From: the human T2T-CHM13v2.0 reference genome, Homo sapiens
Reading direction: 5' to 3' (one strand)
Length of the DNA: 64,000 bases
Assembly: GCF_009914755.1 (NCBI RefSeq)
Contig: NC_060926.1
The notes beneath the pieces are model-generated. The model was not told the origin of the DNA. It saw only the letters and a program-made list of their open reading frames with translations, and searched no databases. The translations under genes were made by a program, and so were the position numbers. Shown here one piece after another: positions 30,187-44,059 of this stretch (its first letter is position 1; each line of letters starts with the position of its first letter).

Positions 30187-32069
30187 TTAAGTGGATGTTA
30201 ATCTAAGCAAAGTGGATTCTGTAAAACCCTGAAAGAAGTTTTTGAGTTTCACGGTGTGAACAGAACAGAGAACCCTTGATGAGAACACATGCGTAGCTCC
30301 TAGCACAGAGTGTGCGACACAGTTAATGTCCACGGGAAGAGCTTGACACAAACTTAAATACCAAACTTAGTTCAGAAGCACTTCGCATTAAGCTCCTGTG
30401 CCTCAGTGGCCTGGCACTTACTGGACTGAAGGACAGAATCACTAACCTGGGCTTTTACTACCATTGCAGCCCAGTGCCAGTGACACTTAGGGACTCTTCC
30501 CTGAGCACCTTCCCAGGTACCCAGAAGTGTTTGTAGGAAGAACAGGAGATGGATTTAATGTGGATTTATTTACAGTATATGAGAATACATGATGTGAAGG
30601 CAAACCCTTTTCACTAGATCCTTTCTGAGGCATCATAAAAATCATGGTTTTATGGTTTTTATGATTTGAGTCTAAGAAAACTTAGTTACTTAGCCTTTCT
30701 GCGGAGAATAATTGCTTATTTGACAGGGTGACACGATGGTGTGTGAGCTCAGTTGCTTTTAGCCAGCACTACTTGAAGTCCTCCCGTCATATAAAAGGTA
30801 AAAGTCTGAATCATGCAGGCCTAGGTTTGGTTGTGAACTTTTACCTCTTACTGGTAGTGTGGCCTTGGGCAAGTCACTTTGATACCCACTTTGTAGGACT
30901 GCGGTAAGAATAATATTGTTATTAATAGAGATTCCAGGAACTTGTAGCTTGATTTTGGATGCAGAGAGCTGGGCTCCTCCCACACAGGAGCTTCTGGTTT
31001 GAGAACCACAGCTAGCAATGGCTTTGTTGAGGAGGGTGTTGGTGTGACTATCGAATTGTCAGTGCCAGTGTGTTGCTGCCGTGGCTGTTGCATTTGAATG
31101 GGCTCTGGAGACACCTGGGGTGGGTGGGGGCTGCCTGACACGGAGCCAGCCTGCCTGGCCACTTCTTCGGCTCTGTGCTTACTTGGGGGCATTCACTGTG
31201 CTAGGTGTGGAGGGTTCTATAAAAACAAACCCTAAAAGATTAGTCATACATTTACTGTTGGTCATTTCTCAAAGTGATGACAGTTACCTTCTGTAACCTA
31301 CACTTAGTTTCTGAGTCTTTTTGGTGTGTGTTGCTCGAATATCACTATACATCTTCCTGACTTCTGAATCTAAAAGAGCACCACTCTTTCTCTTTGTTTC
31401 TTCAGTCAGAAAATACCTACTGGGTGCTGGTGCTGCGTTTGTGAACAGAGCACACAGAAATCTGGGCCTGGGGGCGCTTGCAGGATTCTGCTTGCTTTCC
31501 TTCCTCCCGTCTCTGCAGTCTGACGCTGTGTGCCATGCATTAGTCGGTTCGTCGTCTGCCTCCACTAGAGTGTCATGGATGCTCCTGGGGGACAGAGCCT
31601 TTGTTTTCTTCGCCACCAGACCCCCAGTGCCCAGAGCAGTGCCTGGGACAGAACTTGTTCTCAATAAATAGTTTGTTATTGTTGTTGTGGGGCTTGGATG
31701 CAAGAGGAGTGAGCCCCACATTTGATTATATAATAATTAAAACCTTAAAAACAAGCATACGATGGGGATGGCTATCTAAGTTTAGAAGGTTCTGTGAAAA
31801 GGACAGGAGGGTGGTGTGACCCCGTTGGGGGAAGGAGCTCTGTGTTGACTGGCAGGAGCCCTGGTTTGGGAGTGTTGGCTTTATCCCTGATCAGCTGCTT
31901 GACTTCAGGCAACTCTTTACATTTGAGTGAAAAAATGAATGGGGATTCTCTGTATGGTTTCTCCAAACCCGTACTCCTTAGACATTTAAAACAGGTGGAC
32001 GGAACCAACTTTTCATTTCACCTGACTTCTCAGTAACCACTTATTACACTGAGCAAACTAGTGTGAAAA

Positions 32070-32367
32070 TTTTATTTTATTTTTAAATTTTTTACAGACA
32101 GGGTCTTGCTCTGTTACCTAGACTGGAGTGCAGATCATGGCCCACTGCAGCCTCGACCTCCTGGACTCAGTGATCCTCCTGCCTTGTTCTCCCAAGTAGC
32201 TGGAGCTACAGGTGTGCGCTAACATGCCTGGCTAATTTTTTAAAACAATTTTTTGTAGAGACGGAGTATCACCATATTGCCCAGACTGGTTTTGAACTCC
32301 TGGGCTCAAACAATCAGCCTTGGCCTCCCATGCCAGGATTACAGGCATGAGCCACCACGCCCTGCCC
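32070..32367 (-). mobile_element. AluJ
   Basis: J-type body; GTGTGAAAATT repeated on both flanks. Confidence 0.9.
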
Positions 32368-32503
32368 CACCTGTGTGAAAATTGTAATCATTCACCTGTG
32401 CATAAAGTTGCATCCTGCATTCAGAATAAAGAGAACCGTGAGAGGTCTTCAATTTAGTCATCTTTACTACAACTTTCTTTCCTTTTTTCCTTAATGCTCT
32501 TGA

Positions 32504-32917
<414 letters not shown>

Positions 32918-35759
32918 TGTCCAGTAATATTTTTAATTGAGGAGAAAGGTCTTCTTCCTGACAGCAGTCTGTCTGCTCGTGAGTTTTGACGGCACAAGCT
33001 GCATGGATCTGGTATTGGGGTGGCAGCAGCTGGAAATCCTAATGAGGATGAACTCTTCGCTCCTCAATTAAGGAGACTGACTTGCCCTTCACCAGAGGCT
33101 GCTGTCTTGGAACTGCTCCCAGTCCGCAGATGCCTAGGGAGTCCCAGACGGTCCCCGGTCCTCATTTGCACGAGGCGAATCAGTTTAGCAATTTGCCTGC
33201 CTAATAGGATATTGCCCTCATGGACCTTATTACCTCATGCGCTGCTTTCGGTCCATCGTCTAGCTTTTTGATTTGAGTGCTTCTGTGGATTTGCTCGCTG
33301 CGTCTGTTATTATAGAAGGGTTTTTAAGGCAGCCATGTGGATGGGCAGTGGGTTCCAGGGTTCAGATCCTACCTCTGCTGCTCACTAGCTCAGATGTCTT
33401 TGGTCCTCAGATTCCTCATTCTGAAATTTGGGAATGATACTCAGTCATTAATTAAGTGAAACAGCGTTTAGAAAGCGCCTAGGCTGGTGCCAGACGCGGA
33501 GTAGGTGTTCAGTGAATGCAGAAGCTATTTCTGTTATTTTTTGCACTTGCTAACAGTTCCTATCCTTAGATAGTCTCTGTCTTTAAACTTCATGTGCCTC
33601 GGGTTTAAAATCTGCTGCTAAACTCAGCTGATCCAGGAAACTGCCACTTTTTGGCCCTATTTCCCGCTCTCCTCCTCTGCCCCCCACACTGATAACCTCT
33701 TTATGATGTATCCTCCCAGCTCTCAGGCATAATTATGCTCCACTTATCCAGAGGTCAGACTTTTAGCAACCTCTGCCATCTGGAACATGTCCAGGAACTG
33801 GAAGTCAACAGAAAAGGCCTTGGAGCTCAGCTGTCCTCGAGTCTGGGACAGACGCTAGGTGGAGAAGGGGTGGCTGATGGAAGGGGGGCGGCTGACAGCA
33901 GCAAGAGATGGCAGGTGACCCAGAAGACGAACTCAGCAGAGCAGGGCCATCAGTGTGGTGGCCAGCAGTTCTGCATCCCACGCTAACCACGGAGGCCACG
34001 CAGGCCTGTGTTCCGAGTGGGAATCTTTGGTGCTCCCAACAATACTGAGTATTTAAGCCAAATTATATTCAGCATTTGTTAATAAAAGAGGAAAATACAA
34101 AATCTGTTTTATAACCAAGATGGTTTTTAGAAAACCCTTTGGTATCTTGGTGTCATTTTTTTTTTTCTTCTGGGTAATTAGTGTATGTGTAGCTCTTTAT
34201 TTTTCAAGCATGGGGAAAATGCCAGCGTAGAGAGGATAGAACACGGGCTTTGGAGTCGCAGTCCAGGGTGTGCCTCTTGTTTATTCTGCCACCTCCTTGC
34301 TAGTTGACCCCAGTGAGAGTCAGCGTTTTGGGTCTCGGTTTCTTCCTCTGTAAAACCTCAGAGGTGTGTTCAGAATAAACACACCTAGAACTAGGCAAGA
34401 CGCTGACGGTGAGGTCTTAGATACCCAGGCCCTGGCTGGGCATGGGAATTCACTGCTTCTACTGTTTACTCTGCTTGTAACTTTCACTCCTATCTACCAG
34501 CCATTTGGTAAATTTCCTTACACCATTTGACATGTAGGTTGTATATTTCAATTAGATGGCAGTTCTTTATGGCCAGGGACCCTGTCCCTGAACCTAGTTT
34601 TTTAGTGTCTCTGAAGTCTTCCTGATGTCGACTCTGATGTGAGCTCAGTGTTAGGTGGCAACGAGGCTGGCTCTGTGTCTACCTGTCATGGAAGCTCTCC
34701 ATGTCCCCAAATCCAGAAGGAGGTAATTTGTGTAAAATAATGCTGTCCTTTAACTTGCGTAAATTCCTCCCAACCCGAATACATAGGATGCTAGAATTTT
34801 AGGTCTAGAGGAGATTTTATTTTAGCATTCTCCTGGACAAATTGCATGTTTTGTGGCTGGGCTGGGCATGTAGGGGCTGAGAGGCTGTCTTGTGGCTGAG
34901 GCCACACAGCCAGTCTGTGGTGGAGCTAGGCTGGCCCTCTTGGGGCCTCCTTAGCTCCAGTTTCTTTCCTCTGTCAGACAGCAATGGCCTCATGTCTTGT
35001 TCTTCCTGCTGCGAGCTTTAGCCTCAAACTCCACCTTGAATGTGGAGTGAACTTGGAGTGAACTTTGTCTGTGGCTCAGCCTGCCCGTGGCCTGTCTGTC
35101 TGCCCCATTCTGCCCTCATGTCTCTAGAGAGGACAGCAATGCCTTCCCCATATATGTTCATTTCTCTGATGATTGTAGTGTCTAATGGGTTTCATTCTGA
35201 TGAACTTGAGCCCCTCACTTGGGCTTGTTCTTTGCTCTGATGGGGAGTAATTTGAGGGACTCTCATGACGCCATGCCTGCTCCAGACAACCCCTAGGAGC
35301 TTGCAAAGATTGCCCTGTAGGAGGAATTGCTGATGTCCTGTGAATAATTCCTGGGAAGGAAATGCCAGGCTGACCCATCACATAGACTGCATAGCCATGA
35401 CTTAGCAGGGTGGAGCACCCACACTGTCGTGTGGACAGAAAGTTCACAGCCTGAGTGAGACTGGTCGCTGGGCTGAGATTGCTGGCACGGGTCTCCTGGA
35501 GCTGCAGGCAGGCATGCCCGGGCTGGCGGGGGAGCTGCATGCACTGCCACCCCCAGAGGAGGGCAGGGCCGTGTGGGGATACTGCAGAGGATGACCGAGG
35601 GGCATGATTAGAGAGAGGCTACCCTGAAAACACTCTGCTAGGCTTCCAGATTTTTGTTTTGGGCTGGTCCTGCTCAGGATCTGTGAGAAGTATGTAGGAA
35701 CATTGGGCCACCGTCTCCTGCCCATCAAAAGGCTACATGCCATGTGGAAGGAAGGCAGG

Positions 35760-36010
35760 GCTTGGGGTCAAATCTGGGTATACAACTCTTCCCTTCTTTC
35801 CATTTTCTTACTTGGAATATTTACTTACTCACTTGAGTTTCAGTTTTATCATCTGTAACATGAGGAAAATAATACCTACCTCAATTGCTTTGTAGGGTTT
35901 CATAAAGCTAAAATAATACCCATGATCTCCTTGGGGGCAGAAACTGCCAGGATCATTTTTAGCATTTAACACGCTGCCTGACACAAAGTGGTCATGTAAC
36001 ATTTGTTGGA
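35760..36010 (+). mobile_element. MIR / L2-tail relic
   Basis: TTCAGTTTTATCATCTGTAACATGAGGAAAATAATACCTACCTC MIR core. Confidence 0.55.
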
Positions 36011-38078
36011 TAAAACTCCACAAACTGTAAGGAATGTTACACACATGGTAATTATTACTAATAATTCAGCAAATGGTATTTGACCACAGACTTCCTGCCT
36101 AGGCACCAGGGAAAGAGGGGAAAGAACACGACATGTGAATACACAGCTGTCCCTAGGGCTCCTGGAGTTCTCGCGGTGCCCCAGGTGCCATGCATGACTT
36201 TAAAGATGGGAGTGGGGATGCAGGATGCCAGACATGTGGCCCTTGGGTGGGAATTGGGACCCCAGATCTTTAATCACTTAAGCCTTGGGAGGTGTAAAAG
36301 TGTTTTCCCATTCCACAGAGGGTACAAAAGGATACAGGGCACATTGCACGGCCCCCAGGGCAAATGCAGTGTGGTGCTCTTTCATTTAAGCCGAGGCCAC
36401 AAGTAACTATCGGACAAGGTTGGAAGCAGAAAGCAGTGAGCACCCAGAGAGGAACAGGAGTAGGCTGTGGAGCTCAGGAGCTCTGAATCAGAGCCAGGGT
36501 GGAGCGGAGGTGTCTCAGCCCCTGAGATGTTGCAGTCTTCCTGTTAATCTGCCTTGTGGAATTAAGCTATACCTGCGGGGTCCTAGGGATGTGATTCAGC
36601 ACAGGCCACCATGGGCCATCTGTGAGCAAAGTGCTGAGCCCACCATGGTGGAAATACAGAAATAGACAAGACTCGGGGCTTGCTCCCGGGGAACTTAAAA
36701 CAGTGAACTATGAAACGAGGCGTGGTGAAAGTCAATTTCTTACAGAGATAAGATGGGAACCCGGAGTGGGCAGGCTCACCAAGGAGGTGGCATTTGGGTG
36801 GATCTTGAAAGGTCTGTAGAGTTTGAATTGGAGACAGATTAGAGGTGAGAAAACACACTGAGGTGTGGAAACCCACAGGTTCTTCAGGGAATAAGTGGAC
36901 GGGAGTGGAGCGTGGAGGGCTGGTAAACAGATCGCGAAGGAGATTTTGAAAGGAGGAACGTGGCCAGAGCGTTGTCACATCAGGAGTTTAGTCCGCAAGT
37001 AGAGGTGGGCCCTGTGGCTTTCCCTCTAGTCACTTGTCTTACAGAGAAGGGGACTGAGGTTGTGAGGGTGGGGCTGGCATTTGACTTCGTCCCACTCCTT
37101 CCCATCTTCTGGGCTCCATCTGCTTGGTACTCACGTGTAACAGCCTTAGGGGACCTGCCCTCCCTGTGGGGGCCCAGACCTGGGGAATCTGGTTGAGTCT
37201 GGCTGCTCAGTGGGTCTGGGCGCAAAGCATGTGGAGAAATTGAGAAGCTCGAAGCAGAACAGCTAATCCTTGATGTCCGTCGGGTGGGTTTTGTATGCTT
37301 AATAAGTAAAGATAACGTGCATTTTACACTTTACTAAAACGTATTACCTCATCTGACTTTCCTTTTCCCTCCATCCCAGCTGGTGAGTTGGGGACTCAGT
37401 GACCCTTGGGAGAAGGGGAAGGGAGCAGCTGGGGGGCGCACCTTGTTGAATTCATGGGGTCTTTCCTGGGGACCTTCGGTTTTGTGATGAGGAAGTGGAG
37501 TGGCTGGAGGACATCAGCGTGGCAAATGGAATGCCTTCAGGAATGACGCAAGGGGAAGGTGGCTGTGGCTGAGGGTGAGGAACAGCTGCCAGGAAGGAAG
37601 ACTGAATGTGAGTTTCCTGGCAGTGATGGATGGAGCAGAGATGGGCCTGAGGCCACTGACAGGGAGCTTTAGGAATGAGAAGCCTGTGCCCACATTGCTT
37701 TTTTTTTTCTTTCCTTAATTTTTTTTTTTTAATTATCATCTGTAGCTCATTGAATTTAGTTCATCAGTTATTTGAAATAAATCAGATGTACTTGGGAAGT
37801 ACTGGCCAGTAGGTGTTAGAGTGTTAGCCTGTACAAAACCTTCCCTCTGGGAAATGCTGGAAGGAGAGCCTTCGTGTCACAAAAGCCGTTAACACACACT
37901 GTGAGGTGCCTTGGAGAGAGGTCACTCAGGCCAGGGAGGGCAGGCGTGCCTGACACCAGCTGCTAGGACTGCATTGGAGTGAGGCCACTCAGCCTTGAAG
38001 GTCAAAGAGCAGATGACAACTGAGAGTAATTGATGAACCAGGGACTGTAGGAAGAGTCATTTTAAATAAGGCCTTTGG

Positions 38079-38379
<301 letters not shown>

Positions 38380-38413
38380 GCCTTCGGAAGACAGTTAAAG
38401 AATTTAGGAACAC

Positions 38414-38889
<476 letters not shown>

Positions 38890-38929
38890 TTAAAGTCAGC
38901 TGAATTGAGGTCTACTCTGCAAACAATAA

Positions 38930-39257
<328 letters not shown>

Positions 39258-39706
39258 TAAATGTGCAGTTTAGTGGGTTTTGTGAAATCGTCTAAGCACC
39301 CTACAGATGTAACGTAGCAGAGTGCCGTCACGCAGAACTCCCCTCTTCAGTTGGTTCCCCCATTCCTGCCTCCTGTCATCTCTGCGCTGCTTTCTGTCCT
39401 TACAATTTTGCCTTTCTTAGAATTCCGTATAAATGGAATGATAGGGTATGTAACCTTTTGTGTATGATTGCTTTTGCTTGACCTAGTGCCCTGGAGATTA
39501 CAATGTTACATGTATCTTTAGACCACTCCTTTGCATTGCTGAATAATGTTCTGTTGTATGGATACAGAGTAAGTTCCCCCTTAGCTGCATTTTACTCTCC
39601 AAGGTTTCAGTTACCTGAAGTCATCCCAGGTCCGAAAATAGTACATACAACGAGATATTTTGAGAAAGAGACCACATTCACATAACTTTTATTACAGTAT
39701 ATTGTT

Positions 39707-39988
39707 GGCCGGGCACGGTGGCTCATGTCTGTAATCCCAGCACTTTGGGAGGGCGAGGTGGGTGGATCACAAGGTTGGGAGTTCGAGACCAGCCTGGCCA
39801 ATATAGTGAAACCCCGTCTCTACTAAAAATACAAAAATTAGCCGGGCGTGGTGGCACGTTCCTGTAGTCCCAGTTACTCAGGAGGCTGAGGCAGGAGAAT
39901 TGCTTGAAGCCAGGAGGCAGAGGCTGCAGTGAGCAGAGATTGCACCACTGCACTGCACTCCAGCCTGGGGAACAGAGGGAGACTGTCT

Positions 39989-40064
<76 letters not shown>

Positions 40065-40083
40065 GTGTGTGTGTATGCATATA
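39707..40083 (+). mobile_element. AluS with long A plus (TA)n(CA)n(TG)n tail
   Basis: TSD TACAGTATATTGTT (39693-39706) / TATAGTATATTGTT (40084-40097). Confidence 0.95.
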
Positions 40084-40087
40084 TATA
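40025..40087. repeat. Compound microsatellite (TA)n(CA)n(GT)n..(AT)n
   Basis: 63 bp of unbroken purine-pyrimidine alternation. Confidence 0.95.
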
Positions 40088-40157
40088 GTATATTGTTATA
40101 ATTGTTCTATTAGTCATTGTTGTTAATCCTAATTAATGTGCCTAATTTATAAACTAA

Positions 40158-40477
<320 letters not shown>

Positions 40478-43299
40478 TAAACTTTATCAGAGGTATGTGT
40501 GTATAGAAAAAAAAAACCCAGTATATATAGGATTTGGTACTGTCTGGTTTCAGGCATCCACTGGGAGTCTTGGAATGTATTCCCTGAAGATAAGCGGTAC
40601 TACTTGTTATCAGTTCACCAAGTGATGGGCATTTGGGTTCTTTCCAGTTTTTGGCTATTATGGATAAAGCTTCTATGAACATTTGACTACAAGTCTTTGT
40701 GTAGGTAGACACGTTTTATATTTTGACTTCGGGAAATACCTGAGAGTGCAATTGCCGTGTTGTGTGCTAAGTGTGTGTTTAACTTTATCAAATGCTGCCA
40801 TCCCATTTTCCAAAGTGGCTGCATCATTTTTCATTTCCACTAACCACGTATGAGAGTTCCAGTTCCTTCACTTCCTCATCGGTGCTTGGCATTATCAGCC
40901 ATTTTACTGGGTGTGTAATGGAATCTTATTGTGGTTTAATTTATATTTCCCTGGTAACTAATGAAACCAGAATCTTGGCCATTGTGTATCTTCTTTGATG
41001 TTATGTGTCTATACTTGTACCATGTAAGTTGGTTCTCAGATCATACAATGCATCATGAGAGTAGAGATTCTAATGAGTATTGAATGTCTCTTACCTGAAG
41101 GGCTGTTCAGGAGAAATGGACTATTTAAGTAACAATAATCTGAAACAAGATTCTGAAAGATGTGCTCTGTGGAATAATATTGCACATATTCCTAGAAGCT
41201 GGGATAAATCATTCACACAGAAAAAACTGGAAGGATCTAGCAATTTACTTAAATTCTCCTATGGAATTTTAAAAAGATGGCCTCATATTGCCTTGTTACT
41301 ATGGAATGGTTGATTTGATGTAAATGCACACTGCAGCTTAATGAAGTAGCCTCTCTGGTTCTGTGTGTCCTTGCCGTGGATTCGGCAGATGGTGTCGTCA
41401 GAGATTATGGAGTTCAAGCCACCTAGCTTTACAGAGGTGAAGGGAGGTGCCTGAGTTGATGAAGGGAGTCGGGGGCAGAGCTGGTGCCAGCACCATGTGG
41501 TGCTCCAGAGGTTCTTCAGGGGTCTGCTTGACCTGTATTGCTTTTATCTTTAAAATTTCCAACAGTTGTTAAAAAGTTTTCTGAAAAGATTTATACTCTG
41601 ATGTTTGCATCACATAGCAGGGAGGTGATCTCACCAGAACATTTTGAAGTCTTGGTAAACATTGGGCTGGGGGGCACAAGATCGTCTGATTTATTTGTAT
41701 GCGTATTGGTAGGTAGCATGCTAGGCATTGAGGGACTTAAGAACTGGGGTTTATAAGCAGGTTATAAACTACAGTACCTCCAGTGATCTGGCTCTATAGC
41801 TTAGTTGTTTTTAATGCCCTGTTTTGATGAAGGAACCTGTGTAGACTTAAAGTTGTAGAATGACCAGTGCGTCACTATATTTTCCCTAGTCATTGACATA
41901 TTTGCACGTTCAGACATTCATAGAAATGGCAGGAGAAAAACTATTCTAGGGTCCCCTGCAAAAAAAAAAAAAAAAAAAGAAAGCAAGTAATTCTGGCAGC
42001 CCAATTAATTCATTTAATGAATATTTATTGAGTGCCAACCATGTGCCAGCTTGGGGTGATGAAGATAAAAAATTAGCATGTCAGTGGGCGCCAGGATGTT
42101 AAAAGTTGGAGTTTAGCACGAGGGTGTATATGCATGTGCTGCCTTCACTTAAATGTCAGGCAAAGCGGCAGTGTCAACTGTGCATAAAGAAATTAGCGTT
42201 TAACATGCTGTGCCATGATGATGCTGTCCATGGGCTGAGCAGTCAATATATGTTTCAGATGCTTCTTGTCTAACATATCTGAGATAAGGACTGCAAGGAG
42301 ATATTAGATGTTGTTAGTGGTAGAGAGTTGAAACAAATTTCTTACTATTCCAAAGCTTTTGGATTTTGTTTTTAAAAAAGAATGTGGCCATCTGTTTCTA
42401 TTTACATGTGCAAATCAGAATTGTCTCTGTCTTGTGTAACTGGAAGAGTATTGAAATGAAAGTGCAGGCCACTGGCATCCAACTGCCAATTTCAAATGAA
42501 TGAAAACAGCCTCAGTGTTCTCATTGATTCCATTTTGGGGATGTGATGGTATGCATTTGAGCAATTTGTATTCCAGCAAGAGACCTTTTTAATCCATTTC
42601 CTCTGTGTGACAGAGGAGTTGGGTTTTAAAAAAGCACTGACCGAGAGTCAGTATGACTGTCTCTTAGCCACTTGTCCTGTCCACCCTCAGTCCTTGTTCC
42701 TCTCCTTCCTGATCCTCCTGCTGCAGCCAAGGGCTGGGAGGGGGCAGCACAGCTGATGGACTCATTCCAAGTCCTTGGCTGGAGTGCCTCCTGCCTGCTA
42801 ACAGCCTGTCACTTTCTTCAGGATGTGCCTGTGTTACCTGCTCCAGGGTGTCTTTCCCTAACAGCCTGTCACAGGGCGTTTGGTAGAAACTAAAGAGCAG
42901 CAGAGGATGGTTTCATTCATTCCATGTTCGTGGAGTGTTTACACGTGTCGGGCATTCCACTGGTGCTGGAGATTCAAAAATCAGAAGGTGCGGGCCCCCA
43001 TCCTGAAGGAGTGACAGTTTGTCCTTGTTCCTTAGGGTTCAGCTAATGAAGAGTCTCAATTGCCTTGGGAAATTTGAAGTCTGAAAGCAGGGGGGACTGT
43101 TTTATAGTAGTCTCAAACAGTGGTAGGAAGGATATACCTACTTAGTAAGCATTATGGAATGACCATAGGTGCCTAAAACTTTTCCCTGCAAAATTAAAAT
43201 AGCTTTATTTTCTTGGTTTATTGTTTCTTAACTTTTTAACAGGAGATTACCTTGAACAAACTAATGAACCAGTACATGATGTCGGAAAGAACAGGCTAG

Positions 43300-43622
<323 letters not shown>

Positions 43623-43990
43623 TGAAAGTGGTTTTTAAGCAAAAAAAGAGAATACAAAGGTGGCATTTTGGTTTATCCTTACCTATGTGGCCTTGGAAAA
43701 ATACCTTTGTGAGTGTTACTTTCTATGTTGTTGCAATAATATTGCCTGTGTTACCAACTGCCCAGGTTGGAGAGTCATGTGCCATAATCTGTGTGAAAGC
43801 ACTTTTAGAAGTGCTGTGCAGTTGGAAGCCTGTTATTACTGCTACCCCCACAACCAGTGCTGGTATCATCACATTTGTACCCTGACTTTGGGGTAGGATA
43901 TACGGACATGCACATTTCATTTCTTTCCATCTATTTTGAGAAATCTAAGCCAGGGAAATGCAGTGGAATTCTTCATTAAAAATTACCTTT

Positions 43991-44059
43991 GGCCAGGTGT
44001 GGGGGCTCACGCCTGGCTGGGTGACAGAGCGCTACTTCATCTCAAAAAAAAAAAAAAAA
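43991..44059 (+). mobile_element. Collapsed Alu (5' 25 nt fused to 3' ~28 nt plus A-tail)
   Basis: GGCCAGGTGTGGGGGCTCACGCCTG|GCTGGGTGACAGAGCGCTACTTCATCTC-A16. Confidence 0.85.

Noticed and set aside
42215-42282. C/D-box snoRNA-like layout (ATGATGA..CTGA..CTGA, 68 nt)
   Set aside because: No terminal stem, no clear C' box and no rRNA/snRNA complementarity that I could recognise; snoscan or an Rfam search would settle it
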